64,000 nucleotides of DNA from Candidatus Limnocylindrales bacterium (GTDB taxonomy: Bacteria; Moduliflexota; Moduliflexia; Moduliflexales; JAUQPW01). Shown piece by piece: positions 1 to 8,545 of this stretch. Both the position numbers and the translations under genes were made by a program. The notes beneath the pieces are model-generated. The model worked only from the letters and a program-made list of their open reading frames with translations, did not search any database and was not told the DNA's origin. The stretch spans positions 62,001 through 126,000 of the forward strand of contig DATMBG010000043.1 in assembly GCA_035559535.1 (NCBI GenBank), given 5' to 3'. Within the stretch, counting starts at the first letter, position 1. Each line of letters begins with the position of its first letter.

Positions 1-230
1 GTGGCCCAGATGTTGATAAATACCACCTTGCCTCGATAATCTGACAACTTTCTTTCTGAATCATTTAAATCCGGGAAAGTAAAGTCCGGGGCCAAAGACC
101 CTATTTTAAGAGGTTCAGGTTTTTGAAGGGTTTTTGAGCTTTTATCCCTCTGTATAAAAGCCAGCGCAAACACAGTTAGAACCAGAAGGATCGGGCTGAT
201 CACAAGGATCAAAATTAGCTTTTTCTCCAT
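1..230 (-). CDS. TlpA/ResA-family thiol-disulfide oxidoreductase (5' part; runs off the window)
   Basis: Hand translation from ATG at 230: MEKKLILILVISPILLVLTVFALAFIQRDKSSKTLQKPEPLKIGSLAPDFTFPDLNDSERKLSDYRGKVVFINIWA(T). It has an N-terminal TM and the redoxin APDF...GKVVFINxWAT motif. The active-site CxxC lies just outside the window. Not in the ORF track. Confidence 0.85.
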   Translation of the reverse strand, partial: MEKKLILILVISPILLVLTVFALAFIQRDKSSKTLQKPEPLKIGSLAPDFTFPDLNDSERKLSDYRGKVVFINIWA

Positions 231-352
231 ACCTGATGCGGTCATATTCCAACAAAGTTGAGATTAGCCCGGACTTCCACTTTTCTCCTTTTAAAGTTTG
301 AAAGTAGAACTTTTTGTCTCCCTTCAGGCTTTTTAAGTTAGCTGGCTTCAAG

Positions 353-712
353 CTACCTCTGAAGCCAGGGCCATCTGATAGTTTCTGGGTTAAAAATTGT
401 AGGACCTATCATTTTACCTTCCATAGTCACATTCTTCTTTTGCTCTGCAGTGAGTTTCGACAGATTTTTTTCCAGATCCGGAGTTTCCTGTAAGAGAATC
501 AGTTTGCCATCGGGTGTTTTAAGGACATGGGCGCCATGGCCTTCCCCTCCGGGGCAGACTCCAGGCTCAAGTTTTACACCGGTATCTGTTGGCAATACAC
601 AATAAATATGACCGGTAAGGGTCTGGGTTTCTTCTGCAGCCATGGTTACGGCTGCTGTGGAGATCAAAAGAATTGCACTTATAGTGGATATAATTTTTTT
701 AAAACTAAACAT
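353..712 (-). CDS. Exported hypothetical protein with Cys/His motifs
   Basis: Signal peptide (MFSFKKII...AVTMA), AGGAGG SD upstream, motifs HIYC...VCPGGEGHGAH. Confidence 0.7.
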   Translation of the reverse strand: MFSFKKIISTISAILLISTAAVTMAAEETQTLTGHIYCVLPTDTGVKLEPGVCPGGEGHGAHVLKTPDGKLILLQETPDLEKNLSKLTAEQKKNVTMEGKMIGPTIFNPETIRWPWLQR

Positions 713-846
713 GGTTACTTACCTCCTATTTGTCGGTAATTCGGTAAAAAGGTTAAAAAGATCTTTCCTTACTTCCGATTTTTTAATTTAAAGGGCTCTT
801 CTCCAGGGTTAGAGATCTTCCCTCTTCTGACTCTATACAGGTAGAA

Positions 847-1770
847 CTAATCTGTAACCTTCCAGTGCGCTCCCCCATCCGAGCTTTTGAAAACCTTTCC
901 ATCGCTACTTCCTGCATATAATACCCGGGTTTCAGGGTGAATGACCAGAGTTGTAATGTTGCTTAACCCTTCCCCCACTCGATTCCAACTCCGTCCCTTA
1001 TCCTGGGATTTATAAACCCCATCTTTCATTCCCACGTAGAACACCTGAGGATCTTGGGGATCCAATATAAACGTATAAACCGTTTGGTTTGCAGGTAGAC
1101 CACCCGCTTTGCTCCATCCTCAAAATCAGTCCATGCTTAGATAAAGACCATCGGCTGTCGCAGCTATCAACCAGATTCCTCCCATTCCTGTGGGGACGTT
1201 GGCTACCGTTAGGGTCTTTACATCAGCAGGAGGCCCATCGTCCACCCGTTGCCAACTCGCTCCTCCATCCTTGGATCGGTATAGCCCTTTATCTACTACC
1301 CAGGCATGAAGCCGTTTATCCGTAGGATGAACGGAGAGTCCATGGACATCGCTACTGGGAAGTCCATTTTTAACCGTCTTCCAGCTTATCCCTCCATCGG
1401 TACTCTTAACTACCCACATGTCGTGGCCCGCTGCATACATCACTTGAGGATCTGTCGGATCTAGTACTAAAGCCATAAAGTCAAAGTTTTTAAGATCCCC
1501 TTTGAGATCCAGCTTTTGCCAGGTTTTTCCTTCATCGGTGCTTTTATAAAGTCCATGATGAGTTCCCTTGAAAAGGGTATTATTCTTGGGGTTAAGAACT
1601 AAAACATGGAGATGCTCCATTTCGGTCATCTCCATCCTATGACTTTCAAGTAAGGAGGATTCCTTCTCTTGGGCAGAAACTTCCCTATTGAGAGCCAAGA
1701 AAGAGATCCTTCCTCCAAAAACTGCCATAGTCAACAGGGTCAAGATTAACCACAGATTTTTTCTCATCAT
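847..1770 (-). CDS. Exported BNR/Asp-box (YCF48/VPS10-like) beta-propeller with two in-frame TGA codons; candidate selenoprotein (U-F-U)
   Basis: ORFs 1126..1812 and 847..1065 share one frame. The joining sequence reads LYLSMD-TGA(1126-1128)-F-TGA(1120-1122)-GWSKAGGLPANQTVYTFILDPQDPQ with no other stop. It has repeated SxDxGxxW boxes. Likely start is ATG 1770 after GGAGG, giving about 307 aa. Confidence 0.8.
1085..1122 (-). promoter_or_regulatory. Candidate bacterial SECIS element
   Basis: mRNA reads UGA-GGAUGGAGCAAA-GCGGGU-GGUCU-ACCUGC-AAACCA. The 6-bp upper stem (1091-1107) has a GGUCU loop and begins 12 nt after the second UGA. UGG/CCA can form a lower pairing. It resembles the E. coli fdhF SECIS apical GCA-GGUCU-GC. 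Confidence 0.65.
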
Positions 1771-1860
1771 TTTTTCATATCCTCCCTTATAATTCAGAAA
1801 GCAGTAGGCCATAATGACTGGTCACCTTTCGCCTTCTACCTTCTGTTTTCTGCTTTCTAT

Positions 1861-2799
1861 TTATTGCCAGGTGTTTCCACCATCCTGACTTTTAAGAATG
1901 TTTCCCCTGGCCGTTAAAGCATAAACCCTCCTGGATTCTACAGGATGCCGGGCTAGAGCCAGTATGTCTTCCCTAACCCCTTCTACAGGACTCCAGCTTA
2001 ACCCCTCATCCACGGTCTTAAGCATCCCTTGTTGCGTCCCCCCTAAAATCACCTTCGGATTTTCGGGATCTATCAACAAAGAAAATAACGGCTTCTCAGG
2101 GGATCTCTCCCTGACTGGCTGCCAGCTAAACCCTCCATTACGGGTCACTAAAAAACCGGCACTGGTTCCGGCATAAAGGGTTTCCGACTTTTCCGGATGA
2201 ACGGCTAAAGACCACACATTTATCTTGGCTAACCCCGGGCTGATCAATGACCAGCGTTCCCCTCCATTCGAACTTTTAAAGAGGCCTACACCTACTACCC
2301 AGATATAGACCTCCTGGGGATTATGGGGGTTAGAGGTCATGGCATGGACATCGGGGTGTTCAGGCAACCCTTTGACCAGGGAAATCCACCTCTGCCCTCC
2401 ATCGAGACTTTTCATAATGCCGATGTCATGGCCACTGGCATAAATCACCTGATCGGATCTCTGATGCACATAAAGTCCCATCACATCGGTTTTAGTGGCT
2501 TCTCCGGGGACTACCTCCCAGGTTTTTCCTTCGTCGGTGCTTTTGAAAAGCCCTCCATGAGCCCCTACCAGGAGGGTATCTGGATCTCCAGCCAGAACAG
2601 CCAGAGAGTGGAGATGCTGTCCTTTGATAAGAAGTTCTTCTCTTCCTATAGCGCTACCGGAAACCTGAATACTAATCTTTAAACCAACAAAAGCCAGCAC
2701 AAAGGTTATAATCAGACCCGTTATAATTTTATATAGGTTAGTATACCGCTGCATTTTAGATCGTTTCATCTTACTCTGTTTTCCCTTAGGTTCTTTCAT
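1861..2799 (-). CDS. BNR/Asp-box beta-propeller protein, membrane-anchored/exported; paralog of 847..1770
   Basis: N-terminal TM; HLHSLAV, GAHGGLFKSTDEGKTW, ASGHD, PDVHAM motifs shared with the neighbour; multiple SxDGGxxW repeats. Confidence 0.85.
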   Translation of the reverse strand: MKEPKGKQSKMKRSKMQRYTNLYKIITGLIITFVLAFVGLKISIQVSGSAIGREELLIKGQHLHSLAVLAGDPDTLLVGAHGGLFKSTDEGKTWEVVPGEATKTDVMGLYVHQRSDQVIYASGHDIGIMKSLDGGQRWISLVKGLPEHPDVHAMTSNPHNPQEVYIWVVGVGLFKSSNGGERWSLISPGLAKINVWSLAVHPEKSETLYAGTSAGFLVTRNGGFSWQPVRERSPEKPLFSLLIDPENPKVILGGTQQGMLKTVDEGLSWSPVEGVREDILALARHPVESRRVYALTARGNILKSQDGGNTWQ

Positions 2800-3304
2800 A
2801 GGACTCTCTTTCTCCTTTCGCCCCGTCAGGACCGGCAGATACCGGCTTAATCTCCGTCACAACCTTTGTTTGGACCTTTTCCTCATTCATCTTGCTTTCA
2901 TCCCAACCCTGTTCCCCTTCTCCAGGTAGATCCTTTCCAGCAGTCTCCTGGGCTTTTGGTAAGTCAGGCAATTCTTTAATTGATTTTGGGGAAAATTGTT
3001 CGGCAGATTTGTCCATAGGGGCAGGTTTTAAACCTGCTCTGACTCCAGGTGCCCCTTCTACTTCTGAAGACTGGCCTTTAGAGGGTTGCATCCTTCCCAT
3101 CCTCCACATCATATACCCCATCATGAGAGGACAGGCCAGGGCAGCCAGGAAAGAAGCATTAATTCCAAATGCCCCCAGAACTGCAGCCCCTGCCAGAGGG
3201 CCCACACAACACGCTCCCATTTTGAGCAGGTCTTTTACACCCATTTGCAGGTTATTCGTACCTTGACTACTCTTATCATCCTCGTTCTTATTACAGCAAT
3301 TCAT
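2786..3304 (-). CDS. Small Cys-rich membrane protein (DUF2933-like LACPLMM motif) with low-complexity tail
   Basis: MNCC start, MGACCVGP, TM segment, LACPLMMGYMMW; GGAGG SD. Confidence 0.65.
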   Translation of the reverse strand: MNCCNKNEDDKSSQGTNNLQMGVKDLLKMGACCVGPLAGAAVLGAFGINASFLAALACPLMMGYMMWRMGRMQPSKGQSSEVEGAPGVRAGLKPAPMDKSAEQFSPKSIKELPDLPKAQETAGKDLPGEGEQGWDESKMNEEKVQTKVVTEIKPVSAGPDGAKGERESYERT

Positions 3305-3331
3305 AGTCTCCCTCCCCGTGAAAAGTTTAAG

Positions 3332-3550
3332 TTAGCAACACCCGACTCGATGACAAGATCTATAAGTAATCTGTTCTTCCGGCTCGGATCTGAATCGGGT
3401 CACTCCGGCTCGCTGAGCTCGAACCTCCTTAACATATTCTTCGGCATGCTCTTCTGAGCATAAGTACTCTCCGAATCGTTTAATGTTGAGATCTCGAACC
3501 TCTCGTCCGCAAATCGGACAATATCTTTCTGTGGTTTGAATGATCATCAT
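3332..3550 (-). CDS. Small TRASH/YHS-like metal-binding protein
   Basis: CPICG...FGEYLCSEEH motif, C-terminal CHRVGCC, AAGGAG SD. Confidence 0.7.
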   Translation of the reverse strand: MMIIQTTERYCPICGREVRDLNIKRFGEYLCSEEHAEEYVKEVRAQRAGVTRFRSEPEEQITYRSCHRVGCC

Positions 3551-3621
3551 TGTTATCTCCTTCCAACCCTGGAAAGGTGAAAGGTGAAAGTCCTTCTAAC
3601 CTTTAACCTCTCACCCTGGGT

Positions 3622-4377
3622 TCATAACATCCAATAAAGAAAGGTATCATGAAATCCCGCCAACAGGAAAATGATCCCGGCTATTCGACGCAGGTACTTA
3701 TCCAGATTTTTCATTTTTTTCACATAGGATTCAGCCAGCTCGGATCCAAAAAGAAAGATGGACGTGAAGACCAGGAGTGGCAAAGTGGTGCCCAGCGCAA
3801 AGATAGCCGGGAAGACCCATCCTCCGGTAGCGGATAAACTCAAGGGAATGACAACACTGAAAAACAACAGGAATAAGGTCGGGCAGAAAGCAAAGGAAAA
3901 AGCCACGCCTAGGAGAAAAGCTCCCCAGATACCTTGCTGTTGAGCTTGTTCTTTCAACCACCGGCTGAAACCTTGTCCCAGGGATATCCCTGGTTTAAAC
4001 ACCCCCAGCATATATAATCCAACCAGGATCATCAGGGGACCCAGAGCTTTTTTCACCACGATGATCACCGGGATGGAAAGGGCTTGGGCCTGAGTCCCAA
4101 AGAAGACCACCAGGCCCCCAATCAAGGAATACACCAGAACCTTCCCCAACAGGTAGGCCAAAGCAGTCCTGGCAGCCTGGAAAGGGTTAGAGAGTCGTCG
4201 AGATACATAGGCAATGGCGGTGGCATTGGTGGTCAACTGACAAGGGGCCGTAGTTCCTAAAACTCCCATGAGCAACGCGCTTAGAACCGGAATATTAAGG
4301 GCATCGCTTATTTTTGTAATGGGATCGGCAACCGAAGCATAGAATTTACTTAGAAAAGTGTACCACTCAAGTAACAT
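3622..4377 (-). CDS. CcdA/DsbD-transmembrane-domain-like (DsbD_2) protein
   Basis: About 6-7 TM helices with the two intramembrane Cys motifs GTTAPCQLTTN and FSFAFCPT. Confidence 0.8.
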   Translation of the reverse strand: MLLEWYTFLSKFYASVADPITKISDALNIPVLSALLMGVLGTTAPCQLTTNATAIAYVSRRLSNPFQAARTALAYLLGKVLVYSLIGGLVVFFGTQAQALSIPVIIVVKKALGPLMILVGLYMLGVFKPGISLGQGFSRWLKEQAQQQGIWGAFLLGVAFSFAFCPTLFLLFFSVVIPLSLSATGGWVFPAIFALGTTLPLLVFTSIFLFGSELAESYVKKMKNLDKYLRRIAGIIFLLAGFHDTFLYWML

Positions 4378-4538
4378 GTCTCGCTCCTTGTTTATAGGTA
4401 ATATCCCTTCCGAAAAGGTTATCTGATTACATAGGGGTAATTTTCTCGTTACCCTTAAACAGGGCAGTTCCAGAGAGTGTTGCTATAACAGGTTATACGG
4501 CTTATTTATTCAGAATCAGTATGAGATAGGATGCCGGC

Positions 4539-5249
4539 TTATTTTTCAGGTTTTTCAAGCAAATGGGCTATCAGCTTTCTCGGCTCATCCTTATCCCACA
4601 ACCGTGCTCCCATAGCTGCCCCGATAATAAACCCCTCTGGATCAATCAAATACGTGACAGGAATTCCTCTTACTGCATAAGCCTTCGCTACCCTTTGCTC
4701 AGGATCCAAAAGTGCCTGGTAGCTGAGCTTGTGCTCCTCCATATAAGATTGAACTAAGTGGGCCGAGTCTCCCTGGTCGACGGAAATAGCCAAAACAATT
4801 AACCCTTTATCCTTAAATTCTTGATAAAGTTTTTCAATGGTTGGTTTCTCAGCGCGGCACGGGCCGCACCAGGTAGCCCAGAAGTTTAAAAATACCAGTT
4901 TACCCCGAAACTCCTTTAAACTAACCTCCTGCCCCTCCAGGTTTTTCAGGGTAAAGTCTGGGGCTTCAATTTTCTCCTTGAACTTCTGCACACCAGCTTT
5001 AACAAAGAGATCTTCTTCGGCTGAAGCTAAGAGCGTCTCGACTTCCACGGCCTGGGACTCATCTACCTGGAGACCGGCCGGTCTTTTGTCTGTTGTCCCT
5101 TGTCGGTTCTCCGTTGTCTGTTGTATCCATACCTTGACCTCTGACAACGGGCCTTTAATAACTGACCAGGAACCACTGATCAGCAACAAAAGAGCTATTC
5201 CACTGACCAGGATCAAGATAAAAATCCTTACTATGATTTTTTTAAGCAT
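4539..5249 (-). CDS. Membrane-anchored TlpA/ResA-family thiol-disulfide oxidoreductase
   Basis: N-terminal TM; APDFTL...GKLVFLNFWATWCGPC; cis-Pro loop GIPVTYLID. Confidence 0.9.
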   Translation of the reverse strand: MLKKIIVRIFILILVSGIALLLLISGSWSVIKGPLSEVKVWIQQTTENRQGTTDKRPAGLQVDESQAVEVETLLASAEEDLFVKAGVQKFKEKIEAPDFTLKNLEGQEVSLKEFRGKLVFLNFWATWCGPCRAEKPTIEKLYQEFKDKGLIVLAISVDQGDSAHLVQSYMEEHKLSYQALLDPEQRVAKAYAVRGIPVTYLIDPEGFIIGAAMGARLWDKDEPRKLIAHLLEKPEK

Positions 5250-5512
5250 AAATATCCTTTCAGGCTGTTTTTAGGGAGTAAGATTCCCACATCCCAGAAA
5301 GGTCCTCAGAGGGTTCTGGGTCCATACGGTCATCGCCCTTTCAGATCCACTTCTATCGGTTTATTGGGATAAACCGGAGATCGTAAATGGGAGAAGGACC
5401 TTACTATCCTGCTTCTTTGGAAGCAGCCTGACTACCTGCAGGCTGGAACTTCCTGAGCAAGACACCCAACAACCTCAACTTAAAGGGATTGTGAGAAGAA
5501 AAAAGAAAAGTC

Positions 5513-5821
5513 TTAGGAAAAGCAGATTACGAGCTGAGGGGGTTTAAAAAGGGAATCGATAAATTCTGATAAATGGGGGATAATATCGGCAGGGGGTAAG
5601 AAAAAGAGAAGGATTAAGCCGAATAACATAAAAAGACCAACTTCAAGGACCAGGGTGTTGGACGATAGATTACAGTTTAAAGAAGGTAGGGAATGATAAG
5701 GCTCAAAGGTAGAAGAGCAGCACAGGTGCATAAATAAGGTTAGGTACATGCAACTAATCCCGGCAATCAAGAGCGCTAAGAGACCTATGCTTATTTGTTT
5801 TCTCCGATTTATCTGATCCAT
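5513..5821 (-). CDS. Small two-TM Cys/His protein with C-terminal FKPP; putative regulatory upstream ORF
   Basis: Start re-assigned to ATG 5821 (MDQINRRK), because the longer ORF overlaps lysR and the promoter. HLCC...H...C loop and ending LSEFIDSLFKPPQ. Similar to 9362, 9799 and 34365. Confidence 0.6.
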   Translation of the reverse strand: MDQINRRKQISIGLLALLIAGISCMYLTLFMHLCCSSTFEPYHSLPSLNCNLSSNTLVLEVGLFMLFGLILLFFLPPADIIPHLSEFIDSLFKPPQLVICFS

Positions 5822-5870
5822 AAAATATCGACACTGGGTAATATAAACCAGCACCCCTGCATTCAACTTA

Positions 5871-5899
5871 GAATTTACTAAAGATTCTCCCCATGTCAA
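5871..5899 (-). promoter_or_regulatory. Putative sigma70 promoter of the redox operon leader
   Basis: Minus strand TTGACA-N16-TAAATT about 50 nt upstream of ATG 5821. Confidence 0.4.
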
Positions 5900-5996
5900 G
5901 TCCTTTTTTACTTTTTCTATAATGAATGAATTTTGTATAGCCCTTAGCTTTTTGCCCCTCTTCAAAATCCGGGATTTAGGTAATAGGCTAAGATTG

Positions 5997-6890
5997 TCAC
6001 TGCCCCTGTTTTGCCATTTCAATGAAAGCTTTTGTAGCCCGGCTCAGGTGTTTACCTTTGCGGTAAACCATTTTCAACTCTCGCGAGATAGAGAGTTCCT
6101 GAACTTTTACGATCACCAAAACTTTTGCTTTGAGTTCTGTTTCGACTGAGAACTTCGAAAGAAAAGCAATACCGAGTCCACTCACAACAGCCTGCTTCAC
6201 CGCTTCGGGGTTTCCCAATTCAACGGCTGCCTTGACTTGAAGGTTCCTGGTACGGAAATTATTCTCTATCACGGCCCGGGTAGCGGAACCTGGTTCCCGG
6301 AAAATCAGACGTTCCTTTGCCAAATCGATAAGTTTTATCTGCTGCTGTAATGCCAGGGGGTGGCTGGATGGAACAACCAGTACAATTTCATCTATGAGCC
6401 AGGGGATAGTTTCGACTTCCTCGTTAATCAGATGACCGCCCACAAAACCTAAATCAAATTCGTTTTTTACGATACCTTCTTCGACCCGACGCGTATTTTC
6501 AATGCTAAGGGAGATATCAATTTTTGGATAGACCCCTTTAAATTGGGTAATAATCCTGGGGATCAAATACATACCCGGGGTTGTACTGGCTCCGATTCTC
6601 AACGATCCTTGTTCCAAACCCTGATACTCTTTCATCACCTGCCGGACATTCTCCAGGTCCGCTACAACCCGTCGGGCATAGGGTACCAGGAGATGTCCGG
6701 CCTCCGTCAATAACACCTTCTTACCTGCCTGCTCGAAAAGTTTCACGCCCAGTTCCTCTTCAAGCTGATGAATACGTACAGAGATACTTGGCTGACTGAG
6801 GTGGATTTCCTCTCCTGCACGTGTAAAGTTTAAGTATTTGGCCACTGCCAGAAAAACTTCCAAATCCCGAATATCCATGATTCTTACCAT
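5997..6890 (-). CDS. LysR-family transcriptional regulator (CysL-like substrate-binding domain)
   Basis: HTH LNFTRAGEEIHLSQPSISVRIHQLEEELG; GASTTPGxY, REPGSATR, EAVKQAVxxGLG motifs. Confidence 0.92.
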   Translation of the reverse strand: MVRIMDIRDLEVFLAVAKYLNFTRAGEEIHLSQPSISVRIHQLEEELGVKLFEQAGKKVLLTEAGHLLVPYARRVVADLENVRQVMKEYQGLEQGSLRIGASTTPGMYLIPRIITQFKGVYPKIDISLSIENTRRVEEGIVKNEFDLGFVGGHLINEEVETIPWLIDEIVLVVPSSHPLALQQQIKLIDLAKERLIFREPGSATRAVIENNFRTRNLQVKAAVELGNPEAVKQAVVSGLGIAFLSKFSVETELKAKVLVIVKVQELSISRELKMVYRKGKHLSRATKAFIEMAKQGQ

Positions 6891-7047
6891 TAAGAAAAAC
6901 TATTATAATCATTTAAACAATTCATTTCCCTAATGATACATTAGAAGTTAATTTTTAAATCAGCAACGAAAATCTGTTCACGGTGAACGGATAGAAGCAG
7001 GCGAGGTATGGAGAGATCCCCTCTGCTTCTTAACGAGGAGAAATCCA

Positions 7048-7875
7048 ATGGACACGTTGGTTCTAAACCATGAAATGATCATTCGGCTTAGCTTCTTTTT
7101 GGGCGTCTTTGCCCTTATGGCTACCTGGGAAGCCGTAACACCACGCCGCACTCTAACAATATCTAAAATTACCCGATGGATAAATAACCTGAGCATTGCC
7201 TTTCTCAATACCTTGACTTTACGATTGTTGCTTCCCATGGGAGTGCTGGGTATGGCTATTTGGGCCCATGAACAAAGATGGGGCTTTTTGAACTATTGGA
7301 AGGTACCCTACGGGCTGGCGGTCCTGGGTAGTGTAGTGGTGCTGGATTTGGTCGTTTATCTTCAACATGTTCTCTTTCATGCCGTTCCAGTATTATGGCG
7401 GTTGCATAGGGTTCATCATACCGATTTAGATTTTGATGTAACAACCGGAATTCGCTTCCATCCTGTTGAGATGGTTCTTTCCACAGGTATTAAGCTGGTG
7501 GCAGTATCGGTACTTGGTTCTCCTGTTTTGGCTGTGGTCATCTTTGAGGTATTACTCAACATCATGGCTCTGTTTAATCACAGCAACGTTCAAATACCCT
7601 TCTATATAGATCGAATTCTACGGGTTTTTGTGGTTACCCCGGATATGCACCGGGTCCATCATTCCGTGTTACGGCATGAAAGAAACAGAAACTTTGGCTT
7701 TAACTTGTCCTGGTGGGATTATTTGTTCGGTACCTATTGGGATCAGCCCAGTGAAGGCCATGAAAAAATGACTCTTGGATTACCCGAATTTCGAAATGCC
7801 GGGTACTTAACTTTACCCTGGATGCTGGCCCTACCTTTCGTCAGTAAGTCTGGCGAATGTGTTCTGGGTCGCTAA
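7048..7875 (+). CDS. Sterol desaturase / fatty acid hydroxylase superfamily protein
   Basis: His boxes QHVLFH, HRVHH, FNHSN, HRVHHS and NFGFNLSWWD. Confidence 0.9.
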   Translation: MDTLVLNHEMIIRLSFFLGVFALMATWEAVTPRRTLTISKITRWINNLSIAFLNTLTLRLLLPMGVLGMAIWAHEQRWGFLNYWKVPYGLAVLGSVVVLDLVVYLQHVLFHAVPVLWRLHRVHHTDLDFDVTTGIRFHPVEMVLSTGIKLVAVSVLGSPVLAVVIFEVLLNIMALFNHSNVQIPFYIDRILRVFVVTPDMHRVHHSVLRHERNRNFGFNLSWWDYLFGTYWDQPSEGHEKMTLGLPEFRNAGYLTLPWMLALPFVSKSGECVLGR

Positions 7876-7886
7876 GATAGCGACTA

Positions 7887-8131
7887 CCACCTTGTAAAGG
7901 TTGGTTTTAATATACCTTAAAAACCCCGTTAGGGGGATCTGCTTATAGCAAAACAGCTCCCCAACCTTATGAGAGGAAGCTCCGTCAGGAGCGACCGGTT
8001 CGGAACAGATCGCCGCTGGGGGGGGTCAAACGAGACGTCTGGGGAGTCAAACGAGACGTTTGACCTACTCCAAACCGTCAGCTCCTGACGGAGCTTTTAA
8101 GGATTTATCAAGATTAACTTTACAAGGTAGT
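7887..8131. repeat. Nested inverted-repeat (REP/MITE-like) element
   Basis: Outer IR accttgtaaag/ctttacaaggt, inner IR agctccgtcaggagc/gctcctgacggagct, tandem gtcaaacgagacgt(ttgac). A related copy (agctccgtaggagc) lies at about 15750-15860. Confidence 0.65.
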
Positions 8132-8307
8132 ACTTTGTTTACCTAGTTTTGTTTAACGTTTAAGTGGTCCTCACCCCCGGCCCCTCTCCCACGCTGCGGG
8201 AGAGGAGAGCTGAGGAGTGAAAGCAGCCCTATGAGGCCAAAATTAAGTAAACAGTGTAGTAGTCAGATTTTGGTATTTTTTTACAGGTTTAAAAGTTACA
8301 CCCTAAC

Positions 8308-8486
8308 GGGCATACGCATCCGGCTAAGAAGGGGAAAAGCCTTTTTTCGACCTGAACATCTCCTTTCCCCCCTCGAAGACATACGGGCCAGGATAAGGAG
8401 GTTAACCGTCCCCGGTTAACCTCCTTATCCTGGCCCGTATGGGGACAAAGAGGTGTCGTCTCATCCTTAACCGGATGAATATGCCC
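8308..8486. repeat. MITE-like element containing a perfect 29-bp-arm hairpin
   Basis: 8380-8408 is the exact reverse complement of 8413-8441 (4-nt loop). Imperfect terminal IRs gggcata..catccgg.taag / cttaaccggatg..tatgccc. Confidence 0.75.
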
Positions 8487-8545
8487 TAAGATGAAACCAG
8501 CCTATCAAAATAGGTAGGTCCTGTTTGCCTGCCAAGTATAAGCTG

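Noticed and set aside
142-351. 69-aa ORF from the track
   Set aside because: It overlaps the real TlpA gene (1..230) in another frame, has a TTG start and shows no motif.
1120-1128. Genome-wide TGA reassignment (code 4/25) as the explanation for the in-frame TGAs
   Set aside because: TGA ends many genes here at their expected C-termini (e.g. copA with ATGA overlap, ccdA-like, czcB, tolC), and no other gene shows internal TGA.
847-1812. Frameshifted pseudogene or two separate genes
   Set aside because: Both parts are in the same frame, the linker encodes a proper blade, and a SECIS-like hairpin follows. A pseudogene is not excluded but is less parsimonious.
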